DNA of 64,000 nt from Octopus sinensis (taxonomy: Eukaryota): positions 113,708,001 to 113,772,000 of the forward strand of contig NC_043002.1 of the NCBI RefSeq assembly GCF_006345805.1, read 5' to 3'. This document shows, piece after piece, positions 10,285-22,028 of the stretch (position 1 is the stretch's first letter; each line of letters starts with the position of its first letter). The notes under the pieces are model-generated. The model had not been told where the DNA came from, made no database searches, and saw only the letters and a list, made by a program, of their open reading frames with translations. The translations under genes and the position numbers were made by a program.

Positions 10285-13200
10285 TGTTATGATCCTTAAA
10301 AGTGTTGGATTGTTATAACACCCACTCCAGTATACTGCATACTTAGTAAAACCAGTACAGACATGACTATTTCTGACTGTCTACTACATACTTTGGTACT
10401 TCGTGTACTTCTCTTTACTTATAGTGACTAGGCTATTCCATTCATCACATTGGAAAGGGTGTACCATTTCCCTACAACATCTCCATTTTTAAGTTTTTCT
10501 GGGGAAGTGTCATTTTATTTAGCAATAATTTTTTTATTCATCCCCACCTCCCTTTTTTGAGTTTTTTTCATACAATTTAATATTTTTTTGCATTTGGCAT
10601 CTATTTTCAAGAACTCTGAATTTTTTATTTTCCTCTCACTTGTACACCTGGGTTCATTCACCTGCAGTGGCATTGGTACTTGGAATGTATTGTACAACTA
10701 TTCCATCAGTTCCTCCAACTTCTTTGGTTCACTTTCCACAAATCTCTTTTTCAGTTGGTACCTGTGTCTCTTTTGTATGCTTTTTCTACTTTTTACCCAA
10801 TATATAATTTTACCTATGCATTTGGTAATTATGCCATCTTCCCAACTCTGCTTTCCATTCTTGTATGCCCTCATAAATTCCTTTTCACCAACTTTAAAGA
10901 ATCTTGCTATGTCTTCCCTAGCACTTTTTCTTTTCTTGCCAGGCAGCAATTTATCAAAGAATGATTTTACTTTCCTTGCAAACCTCAGCTACCTACAGGT
11001 GTATTTGAATTTGTTGTAGAGCTACCTCATCCGTGACTTCCTTGTTCATTTTTCTTAGGGCTCTTTTGAAAGTATTGAAAAAGCATTCTACCTGTCCATT
11101 AGATCTGGGACGGTATGGTGCCATAGTTATATGTTCTACTGCAACCATCATCATCATCATCGTTTAGCATCCGCTTTCCATGCTAGCATGGGTTGGACAA
11201 AATAAATGTACGCCCACAGAGGGACACGAACCCGCGACCCTCAGATTAAATGTCTGATGCTCTACCGACTGAGCTATGCAGGCGGACTTTGTTTCACAAA
11301 ATTTTTAAAATTCACTAGACACAAATTGCATTCCATTGTCAGACACCATCTTGTCTGTGATGCCAAATCTTGCAAACAATTCATGTAAAAAATTTATCAC
11401 ACTTAAAGTGGTTGGTTTTTTACACTTAGAAATTTCAGGCTATTTCAACAAACTATCGACTATCACTAAGTAGCAATAACCATTTAAGGGACCAGCAACA
11501 TCAATGTGTATTCTCGACCATGGAACATCTATTTTTGAATAATGTTTACTTTTTATCGTGGGTAATTTTTCATTTCGTTTTGGCTCACATACAGTTGTTC
11601 CACTTTGTTTTGCTGCAACTTTTTGTTTCAGCCACCCAGCTGCTGCATTTGAACCTTCGACTGAACTGACTATATTCTCACACAAAACACTTATGGGCGT
11701 ATTCCATACTTTGAATAGTTCTATCCACTCTGTGCCGAATAAATCAAGTGAACTTTTTAACACATGTATCTTTGCCTTTTCCATTTGACCTCAAAATATT
11801 ACTTCACATACAAATTCACTGAAACAAATACCTTTTTCCCCCAACACCTTGTGCTACCGTTTTTGATTTAATCAATTTCAGCTTACCCACATATTTCCAA
11901 GTGTTTTCGATTATAATGGTGTCTATTAATTTCATATTAACACCTGTATTTCTGATTTTCACCTTCACGAATTTCCTCATCATTATATTACCAATTTCTT
12001 CCAATGACATACTATTTATTCTTTTTCCTTTGTTCTGACGTTTTGTCATCTTCGTTCTACAATGCATCTTTATATGTCCTATATTTCCGTAAAGGACAAT
12101 TTTCCTCGGGTGTATTTCTCCACATATAAAACATGGGCTTATTTCCTGATTTTTGTCGTGTTTTTTAGAAAACACTTTATCTCTATTCTGACTATTTCTC
12201 ACTTGGAAACAATCTCACTTGGAAACAATCTTTCTGTCAATTTTCCTCTGTGTTGTGTCTTAATTTGACTATCCTTTCACATTCTTCTGACACTTGCTTG
12301 TAAAGTTACATCCTGGTTTTGTTCCAGTTTTGCGAGAATTCTAGTTCTAACTTCTGCGTCTTTTTCGGCCGTAAGTCCCAGTGTAAAAATCAGGCATTTG
12401 AACATAGCTGGCGTTAACTCGTCCTGCTTAAGCTTCTCGCATTCCCTGTTTACTCTACCAGGATATTTGATGTAGTCCTCGTCGTTGTTTTTCCCTAAGT
12501 TCAGACACTTTCAACATATGTTGAACAATGAGCTTTTTACACTGAAAATTTTGCAAAATATATATATTGTGTCATTAAAGTTTATGTTCGATGGTTTTCT
12601 CTGGAGTACATAATTACTGCATCGTTCAGGTTCTGTTGCCGCCAGTTTTTTCAAGATTGAGTGCGTTTTCATTTCATCATCCCAATTCTTACATTCTTTA
12701 TCGAAGATTTGCTCATACCTTCCGTAGTATGCTTCGAAGGTAACTGCTTCGTCAGGTTCATATTTGAACTCTGTTATGAAGTTCACGACACGGTCTCTCG
12801 AGAACACTTTTTCTGACAACTTCAGTAATTGCAGCCTTTGTTGCTGTAATATTATTTGTTGTTGTTGTTACTTCAGCTGTTGTTCTTGCACTTGTAGCCT
12901 TTGCTGTTGTTGTTCTTTCAGTTGCTGTTTTTGCAACTCGAACAAACCAGCCGACAAATTTTGCATAATTTCGCAATTTTCTTTCATAAAATCTGCACAA
13001 CAAAAACTTTGTGAGTTTGTTAACTACTCATGAGTTGTTAAAATCCTCATGAATGGTTTAAATACTTGTCACCACTGTTGTACGTAAACACACGGGAAAC
13101 ACCTGTTGTCAAGTGGTGATGAGGGGACAAACTGTTATGATCCTTAAAAGTGTTGGATTGTTATAACACCCACTTCAGTATACAGTACACTTAGTAAAAC

Positions 13201-13335
13201 CAGTAAAGACACGACTAACTCTGACTGCCTACTATGTATTCGGATACTTCACATCCTTTTCTTTTCTTCTAGTGACTAGGTTATTCCATCTATAATGTGG
13301 GAGGGGTGTACTATTATTACTAATTCCCTACAACA
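10285..13335 (-). mobile_element. Internally deleted Gypsy LTR retrotransposon (K02A2.6/Mag-like); LTRs 10285-10479 and 13133-13335
   Basis: About 200-bp TG...CA direct repeats and a 5-bp TSD CAAAC. PBS-like GTGGTGAC (13068-13075) and PPT-like AAAAATGGAGA next to the 3' LTR. Gag (FKYEPDEAVTFEAYYGRYEQIF), a decayed Zn knuckle and integrase (PWSRIHIDVAGP, VSDNGMQF, PYRPRSNGQVE) are present; RT/RNase H is missing. Confidence 0.9.
11211..11283 (-). pseudogene. tRNA-Lys(UUU) pseudogene, probably retroposed
   Basis: 73 nt GCCTGCATAGCTCAGTCGGTAGAGCATCAGACATTTAATCTGAGGGTCGCGGGTTCGTGTCCCTCTGTGGGCG. The acceptor stem pairs and the anticodon is TTT, but conserved U33 is A, A58 is T, and the T-stem has one mismatch. 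Confidence 0.85.
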
Positions 13336-13357
13336 CAAACATAGATATATATACATA

Positions 13358-13655
13358 CTAGCAGTATCGCCCGGCGTTGCTCGGGTTTGTAAGGGAAATA
13401 ACTATATAAGAATTTTTAGAGAGTTGCTTCCCTTATATAATAGCAAAAAATGCATTAAAAATGGGAAAAAATTATGGTAAATTTTTTTTTTAATCGTAGA
13501 CTCATCGTAGACACGTGCTAATACCCAGAAGGGCTCGATATGAATCATGATTATAAGATACCCGGTTTTGGTTTTTCTGCACCGCAAAATGTGGGAGTAG
13601 TTAGGAATCTAAATCGTAGGAGACAGACACACAACTTGACTTTTATATATAAAAA
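13358..13655 (-). mobile_element. Non-autonomous Helitron, family 1, nested in a family-B SINE
   Basis: CTAG end with hairpin at 13358-13385 and the family 1 core. The SINE-B sequence continues on both sides (10095-10284, 13336-13357, 13660-13815). Confidence 0.75.
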
Positions 13656-14121
13656 TATATACAACAATAGTTTCTGCCTACCAAATCCACTCACAAGGTT
13701 TTGGTTGGCTTGAGGCTATAATAGAAGACACTCACTCAGGGTGTCACACAGCGGGACTGAATCCAGAACCATGTGGTTGGGAAGCAAGCTTCTTACCACA
13801 CAGCCACTCCTGCGCATATATAGATAACATATATTTTGTCTTTTACTTATTTCAGTCATTAGACTGCAGCCATAGTGGGGCACGGTCTTGAAGGATCTGG
13901 TCAAACAAACTGACCCCCAGTACTTATTTGTCTTCATAAGTTTGTCCATCATTCTACTGGTTTCTTTTGCCAAGAACCACTGAGCTGCTGGGGATGTGGG
14001 GTATAAATTGACCAACACCGATGGTCAAGTGGTGGATATGGAAGACATACACACACATGCACACATGCATATAAACACACACACACACACACGTATGAAT
14101 GCATGTAGGTATATATGTGAA

Positions 14122-14458
14122 GGAGCATTGCTCAGTGGTTAGAGCATTGGGCTCACAATAATGTGGTAGTGTGTTCGATTCCCAGACTGGGCTGTGTGAT
14201 ATATTCTTGAGCAAGACACTTTATTTCACATTACTCCAGTTCACTCAGCTGTAGAAATGAGTTACAACATCACTGGTGCCAAGCTGTATCGGCCCCTTTG
14301 CCTTTCCCCTGGATAACATTGGTGGCATGGAGAGGAGAAGCTGGTATACATGGGTGACTTCTGGTCTTCCATAAACAACCTTGCCCAGACTTGTGCCTCG
14401 GAGGGTAACTTTCTAGGTGCACTCCCATGGTTATTCATGGCCAAAGGGGGTCCTTTTT
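14122..14458 (+). mobile_element. tRNA-derived SINE, divergent family (CORE-like central domain)
   Basis: A box GCTCAGTGG, B box GTTCGATTCC, then CTTGAGCAAGACACTT. A degraded element with a similar head lies at about 53030-53330. Confidence 0.6.
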
Positions 14459-14595
14459 TATGTATATATATGTATATACCTATATATATATATATATACC
14501 TATATATATATATATATAAAAAACACTCATTATCGCTTTGTTTACCATGTAGGCAATCATCGAAATTTTTGTTTGTCTTGTTGTCGAGAGAGGGT

Positions 14596-14678
14596 CCCTT
14601 TCTTTCCTGATGAGAAGATTGCATAATGCACCCTTCGAATGAAAACATGCTGTCTTCGAAACGAGTCGAGAGTAAAGG
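14596..14678 (+). ncRNA. Type I hammerhead ribozyme (minimal stem III, Penelope-type)
   Basis: Stem I CCTTTCTTTC/GAGAG-T-AAAGG (10 bp, one bulge), CTGATGA (14607-14613), stem II GAAGA/TCTTC extended by GCAT/ATGC, GAAA (14658-14661), then C-GA-GTC with predicted cleavage after 14667. Confidence 0.75.
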
Positions 14679-14905
14679 AATTTTGTTAACATCTTCGTTC
14701 GACTCCATTCTTTCATTTATTCATATACAACATACAAATTTCTACACATGAACCCGGAGTTTCTACCCTTGACAGGTCGCTTCAACCGTGTTTTTTGACG
14801 TGAATTTGCTACCCAGGTTTCGGTTAAACGAATTTTCCATGCTGACGATAAACATAGGATAATTCATTCACCTACTTAAATATATATATATATATATATA
14901 TATAT

Positions 14906-17900
14906 CAGTGGCGTGCGGTGACTTCCGGCGTTGGGCATGCAATTAATTTCATTGCCCCCCCACCCGGCAATTTTTCAGTAAAACATTTTCGTATTCCTAC
15001 GATTTACATATAAGAGATTCTGAATATGCAGAATAAACAGGGAATAAAAAATGGCTGTGCAGAGATGATCCTGAAATAAGTGTATTGTTTGTATTATACT
15101 TTGCTCTTCGAAACGTCAGTACTTTCCCATCCTCATTCTCCCTTAGAAAAGTCTAAAAATCATAAGTGAAATGTAATAAAGATGAAATTGGATTCTGTCA
15201 ATATTTTTGCATATTCAGAATCTCTGTTAAAGGTAGGAATCCGAAAAAAAATTTTCACATAAATTCGTTTTTCAAAGGGGTGCGATTCTGCATTAGCCCC
15301 TATACCTATCGGTTGAGCTGAATGAAATGATTTAATTAAAAGAACACATTTAGTTACATTATATGGCCATGGTTTTAGATCGTTACGCTCTCGAAGACAA
15401 GTCAGGTTCTTTATCATGCTACTTGTCAATTCCGCGAAAATTATTGACTGTTCTGAGACTTACTGAACTCCGTACATTAAAGGACTACGTCTCACGCACA
15501 AACATTGAAAATACACGCATATACATGAATACGCACACAATGAAAGACAGCGAAAATTCAACATTGTAAAAAGCCTCCCAAAACTGTTGTGGCAGAAGTC
15601 AACATCTCTGAGATTGAAACAAGACACTTATTGAAAGTGAAACAAAACACTTATTTACGGCCGTAAATAGACTACACCCAGCAGCACAGAAAGGGAAATC
15701 TATGTAGGTAGGTTTCACGAAGAAATCAAAACATTTCTCCTGCGAAACAATACTGATGTAAGAAGGTCGAACCTTACGTTATAACAAACACTAAGCAAAA
15801 CCTGTAATATATGCTCTTTAATATATATTTTTTTAATGTTTTAAAATGTTACTTAGCTCATTTATAAATTAATTCAATTCTTCGATCTTTCTGGGCAAAT
15901 ATATCTATCACATTTTCATAGAAATCTTCTCTTTTCATCAATTCTTGTAATAAATCTCTTTCAATTGACATTAGTGCTAACCCAGACAGTCTTCTTTCTC
16001 CTGTCGCATTTCTTTGGTATGTTTTAATTCTACTTAATGCAGAAAAGGATCGCTCTACAGAAGCAGTGGTAGACGGAATTGTCAAAATCAACTTGCACAG
16101 ATTGAAGAGTTCTGGCATAGCTTCAAGATCAGTGCTGTTAATGTAACTCATTAAATGACTTACACTTGGTTTTTTAAAATCTTTCATTGAATACATCACA
16201 TTGAGCTCACTTTGTAATCGTATTACATCAAAAAATCTGCCATAAGTTGTTCTTAAAGAATCTAAAGAGTCCACAGGAAATTGTTTGCAATACTCATCAA
16301 CTTTGTTGAAATTCAAAAGTTCCATGAATTTAAACTCTTCTAAGGATGAATATCGTGCTTTTATTTGGTCAACTATTGTACTTATAATTTTGTTATAAAG
16401 CGTTCTATAATGTCGTTGGGGATCAATAGATATATTCTTGGATCTCTGAATTCCGATTCCTGCATCGACTCCATATTTTCCCCTAACCTATCATAAAAGA
16501 CTGAAAAATTATCAAGTTTGTTTTCGAGTACAGTTCTAGTTTTATCTATTTGCTGTTTACAATACACTATGTCATGACTTTTACTCTGGAGTATGTTAAA
16601 TAAGACGTCAGTAAAAGAAAAAATGTCACTGAATACCTCTAACAAAAATAAGAAATCAGGAGCTTTTAAAGTGTGTAAGAATCCAATTGCTGAATTTATG
16701 GTGGTCTCATCCCATGCTTCAGGATTTTCAATGATGTGTTCAAAAAGGCTGATTATGAAATTATAATTTTCCTTTGTGGTAATAATAAGACATGAGGAGT
16801 AATTCCATCTAGTTGCTGTTGCTTTCGGAAATCTTTTTTTAACAATATTATCTAATGCATTAGTCCTTTTCGGTGATTTCGTAAAAAATGTACCGAGTCC
16901 ATTTATTGTAGAAAAAAATATCTTGCATTCTTTCATAGCAGAGCATGATTGTGAAAGAACTAAATTTAGGATATGGGCACAACAATGAATAAAGATCGCA
17001 CATTCATATTTCTTTCTTACTTTTGCCTGTAACCCATTTAGTTGTCCTGCCATTGTAGCGGCACCATCATATGTCTGCGCAATCAATTTGTTTCCACATT
17101 CCCACGTCTCAATGCATTTAAAAACATGTTCAGATAAAGCATTTGCAGATCGATCTGCACTAACATCACTAAAACCGATAAATCGTTCTTTCGTCACACA
17201 GTCTTCTGTAACATAACGTAAAACTGTTGACAGTTGTGAAGATGCTGAGACATCAGATGTCTCATCAACAAGAATAGAAACAAACTTAGCTTGGTCAATT
17301 TCCTTCTGCATCTCATTCAACATAACTTTATGAATTGCTTCGATCAAGTCATTTTGAATTCTGTTCGACAGACCAGTGAAGATAGAAGCTGTATCTAAAT
17401 GACTTTCCATTTGTTTGTCATACTTACTGATCAAATAAACGAGTTCTTTATAATTTCCCCGATTATTAGAGCCTTCAGATTCAAAATGACCCCGAAACGA
17501 TAATTCCTGGAGGCCTAAAAAAATAACAACATCGATCAATCGTTGCAGAATGGATCTGTTTCGTCGAACTTTCTCATTATGCTGTTGTATGCTTTGATTT
17601 TTACGTGCATCTAATTGTAAGTCTATGCGAACATTCCCGAATATTTTAAGGTCTATCAAACATTTTATATGCCTTTGAGAACGCTCGTGCTTTAGTATAG
17701 CCATATGTAAATTATTTAAATCATCATAGCCTTTATCATTCCAAACATTTTTTTCTAAGCCAAAAAGTAAACACGGCCAACAGAATAATTTATTAAGAGC
17801 AACACTTCCAGTTAACCATTTCTTCTTTTCATACGAATTAACCTGAAATTGTCTCGTGAATTTCTTGTTGTAGCTTCGCAAATTAGGTAAATTCGGTGTT

Positions 17901-18697
17901 GGTCTCCCGCGATTTATAATTAATTTTTTCCCATCGAAGTCCCTTTTAGAAAAACTAGTTCTCAAAATATCGTTTATAGCACACATTTCACTCATTTTGA
18001 AAAAGGCTGCTCTTATTTAAGGACCCACGTGGAAGCGCCGGCGTAAATTTTAAGTCAATTTCAACAAAACGGAAAAATACCCTTTGTTAAATTAATTTAA
18101 GATTAATTAGCTATTTCTGAAATAAGAAATATAATGTAGATATTTTTGCTTTCAAAACTTTCTAAAAATATGATAGTGCAAACGGATGTTTTGGATAAAA
18201 AATTTCAAACTTACATGCGAAGGCTATTCCAACATTTCAGCTGGCTAAAACAAGAATTATGGGACGGCTCTTGTTCCGGTCAAAATAGCCAAAGAGGCGT
18301 GATATGCGATCTAAGCACAGCATGACACGCCAAACTGAATTTGTCGAATCGCTGAGAGAGAAGGGGGTGACCATTCCTCGTAGTATATCTTTTAAACAAA
18401 GAAAGAGGGAGAAGGGACAAACTATCAAAGACAGAGAGAAGGGACTCCTGCTGTCTTCCCAACGCATGACAAGCGATAAATTTATCGAGTCACTAAGATA
18501 GAGAGAGAGAGAGAGAGGAAGGAAGGACAAACTAATACAGACAGAGAGGGAGTGTGTATCATGCGATCTTCTAAAAGCATTTATCAAAGCAGATGTACGA
18601 AGTGGAGACAATATTTCTAAAACAACTGGACGTATTTTCTTTGAAACAAGGAAGGCATGCAGCGCATACCTTGCATTGCTGAGAGTGCACGCCCCTG
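14906..18697 (-). mobile_element. Full-length hAT DNA transposon (3792 bp)
   Basis: 11-bp TIRs CAGTGGCGTGC / GCACGCCCCTG (one mismatch), 8-bp TSD ATATATAT inside a (TA)n tract, and an internal transposase. Confidence 0.92.
15858..17995 (-). CDS. hAT transposase (ZMYM1-like: TTF-type Zn finger, DUF4371, hAT dimerization domain), one frameshift near 16445
   Basis: The 537-aa and 155-aa ORFs join into about 712 aa if one base is restored in AGAGA (...FRRSKNISIDPQRHY...ARYSSLEEFKFMELL). Motifs: LFCWPC, VDETSD, YDGA, HCCAH, ATRW, SVERSFS. Confidence 0.88.
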
Positions 18698-18711
18698 ATA
18701 TATATATATAT

Positions 18712-18767
<56 letters not shown>

Positions 18768-18791
18768 ATATATATGTGTATATATATATAT

Positions 18792-18832
<41 letters not shown>

Positions 18833-19202
18833 CACTATGGACTTCCACATAGTTTCTATCTACCAAATTAACTCACAAGGCATTGGTTGGCCCAGGACTA
18901 AAGTAGAAGACACTTGCCCCCAAGGTGCCACACAGTGGGACTGAACCTGAAATTATGTAGTTTCAAAGTGAGCTTTTTGACCACACAGCCATACCTGCAC
19001 CTCTAAGTACAAGATAAATATAATGGTGATTTTAGATGAGAGGTTTTAACATCAATGGTTAAAAACTGGGATGAATATAAAATAAAAACTATAACCATAT
19101 CATCGTGAGAGTAACCTATTTTTATGGAAGGTAGTTGGACCTTTAACTTGGAATTAAGTCATAAAAGTGCAACTGTAACATACAGCATGTATTAGAAATT
19201 TT

Positions 19203-19577
19203 GTGGAGGTGCAATGGCCCAGTGGTTAGGGCAGTGGACTCGCGGTCGTAGGATCGCGGTTTCGATTCCCAGACCGGGCGTTGTGAGTGTTTATTGAGCG
19301 AAAACACCTAAAGCTCCACGAGGCTCCGGCAGGGATGGTGGTGATCCCTGCTGTACTCTTTCACCACAACTTTCTCTCACTCTTACTTCCTGTATTTCAA
19401 AAGGCCGGCCTTGTCACTCTCTGTGTCATGCTGAATATCCCCGAGAACTACGTTAAGGGTGCACATGTCTGTGGAGCGCTCAGCCACTTACACGTTAATT
19501 TCACGAGCAGGCTGTTCCGTTGATCGGATCAACCGGAACCCTCGTTGTCGTAACCAACGGAGTGCTTCCATACATCC
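19203..19577 (+). mobile_element. tRNA-derived SINE, family A
   Basis: Same head and body as 8199-8589; near-perfect TSD ATTAG(A/G)AATTTT. Confidence 0.88.
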
Positions 19578-20246
19578 ATTAGGAATTTTAAATCTTGCAG
19601 ATTCCATACTTCTATAGGTTTGAAAGCAACTAATTTCTTTTGAAGAGTAAGCCAGTAATTGAAGCCAAGACAGAAAGAGAGAAGTTTCAGCCCCTGTACT
19701 GGACTGATACTTTATTTAACAATCTTGAAAAGATGAACGGTAATATTGAGATCTAGGTAAGATTTGAATTCAAAATACACAGAGCCCTAAGGAACATCAC
19801 AAAATATACCTTACTTGACAATGAATGAGAAAACTGTCCAGTAATAAAATATGCAGAGATCAACATGACATGGATTGTTTAGATGAGATGAGAAGACTTC
19901 CTTTAACTGATCAAATCATTTATTTTTTCACTTTAAGTTGATCCCTTTCATTCATCATTTGAGTGGGGTTTCTTTTTTTTATTATTATTATTATTATTAT
20001 TAGTTGTGATTGTCTTAAGCTGGCTCCTTTAAATGACTATTTTTAAACTATCCTCTTTGATTTCCCTCACAGAGTTAATTCACTTAACCAAATTGCTTGA
20101 AACTATCACTTTGTGCTGATCATTTTCAGCTGACATTCTTAAGTTAATTCTATATCCTGGAGGCAAGGCATTTTGCAATCCAATCCAATCAATTAAATTA
20201 CATAATTGTAAAATCATCCTCATCATCATCATTGTCGGCATCGTTG

Positions 20247-20280
<34 letters not shown>

Positions 20281-20532
20281 TGTCGTCATCATTTTTATAC
20301 TGACTTCTTCCACTTTTTCATATGGGATGGATAAAACTTATTGAAGCTGTATACCATTCCTATTGTCAAACCTTGATTTTCAAATAAATTATTTTCATTT
20401 GACTGGTCTTTATATGAAACCAATATATCTAACGAGCAACATGACTTATTGCTTACAAATGTAAACAAGTGCACTGCCACTTAAATGTCAAATCAAAGAC
20501 ATGTGGAGACAACACATTTGTACACATCCCTA

Positions 20533-20950
20533 CTATATGTATGTATGTGTGTATGTATGTATGTATGTATTATGTATGTATGTATGTATGTATGTATGTA
20601 TGTATGTATGCATGTATGTATGTATGTATGCATGCATGCATATATGTATGTATGTATTATGCATGCACGCACGCACACATGCATGCATGCACACACGCAT
20701 GCATGCATGTATGCATGCATGCATGCATGTATGTATGTATGCATGTATGCATGTATATATATATATATGTATGCATGTATGCATGAATATATGTATATAT
20801 GTATGCATGCATGCATGCATATATGTATGTATGTATGTATACATGTATGTATGTATACATGTATGTATGTATGTATATATGCATGTATGCATGAATATAT
20901 GTATATATGTATGTATGTATGTATGTATGCATCTTATATGCTTACATACA
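20533..20950. repeat. (TATG/CATG)n compound microsatellite
   Basis: Alternating purine-pyrimidine tetramers; accounts for the MYVC/HTYI ORFs. Confidence 0.95.
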
Positions 20951-21645
20951 TACATGATTACATACACCTGGTGGTGAGATTCCAGTTCTAGAGTTGTGGG
21001 GAGCATGTAGTCACTCCTTAATTACCAGCTACTCCTAGGTATGTTCTGACCCAGAATGGTAGTACCTATCAGGGTCCCATTTATGAGTTAAATAGATTGT
21101 CCTGGGCTTGACATTCCACTGCATCCAGTGATGAGATTCCAGTTTCGTGGATTTAAATGGCCAAAAGCTGTGTGGAAGACATCACTTCCCCCACAAGTTT
21201 GTGGTTTGTATGGAGTCACCCCTTAACTACCATTACTCACAGGTTCACTCCTGTTATTTTTGACAAAGCTGTGGGGAAGACAGCACTTTTAGGGGAAAGC
21301 TACTCTGGCATAAAACTTGTGGTCAAAATAGTACCAGGCATCTTGCAACCTATTATGGCAACATAGTATGGCAACCAAGAAACCTGGAACCTGCTATGGT
21401 AACCAAGAAAGTGGCAAAAGAGCTATACAAGCTTTGGCCATTTAAATCCAATGATGTACAGATGTCTTACTGTCCTTTCCATTCTTGATGCATTTTATAT
21501 TTTATAAAGTTCTATGATGATAGATGCATAGCAACATGTAAAGTCATATCCATGCTCATGCAAAGACAGAAGTAAATCAGAGGAATCAGGCTGAATGTGG
21601 GACACCTGTTATCTGACAAGATGAAGCAATTGTCATCATATGTAT

Positions 21646-22028
21646 GGAAGCACTCCGTCGGTTACGACGACGAGGGTTCCGGTTGATCCGATCAACGGAA
21701 CAGCCTGCTCGTGAAATTAACATGTAAGTGGCTGAGCACTCCACAGACACGTGTACCCTTAACGTAGTTCTCGGGGATATTCAGCGTGACACAGAGAGTG
21801 ACAAGGCCGGCCCTTTGAAATACAGGTACAACAGAAACAGGAAGTAAGAGTGAGAGAAAGTTGTGGTGAAAGAGTACAGCAGGGATCACCACCATCCCCT
21901 GCCGGAGCCTCGTGGAGCTTTAGGTATTTTCGCTCAATAAACACTCACAACGCCCGGTCTGGGAATCCAAACCGCGATCCTATGACCGCGAGTCCGCTGC
22001 CCTAACCACTGGGCCATTGCGCCTCCAC
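21646..22028 (-). mobile_element. tRNA-derived SINE, family A
   Basis: Perfect 15-bp TSD TGTCATCATATGTAT at 21631-21645 and 22029-22043. Confidence 0.92.

Noticed and set aside
15160-15429. ORF ending ...KRIYVKIFFRIPTFNRDSEY, superficially like a GIY-YIG C-terminus
   Set aside because: The matching part overlaps the 18-bp internal inverted repeat, no GIY/YIG motifs lie upstream, and the resemblance is weak.
19203-19280. tRNA-like heads of SINE families A, B and C as possible tRNA genes
   Set aside because: They run directly into SINE bodies, several have TSDs, and they do not close an acceptor stem.
20469-21006. Cys/His-rich ORFs (MYVC.../HTYI...), also at 18.6, 40.5 and 47.0 kb
   Set aside because: They are translations of TA/TATG/CA microsatellites, not zinc-finger proteins.
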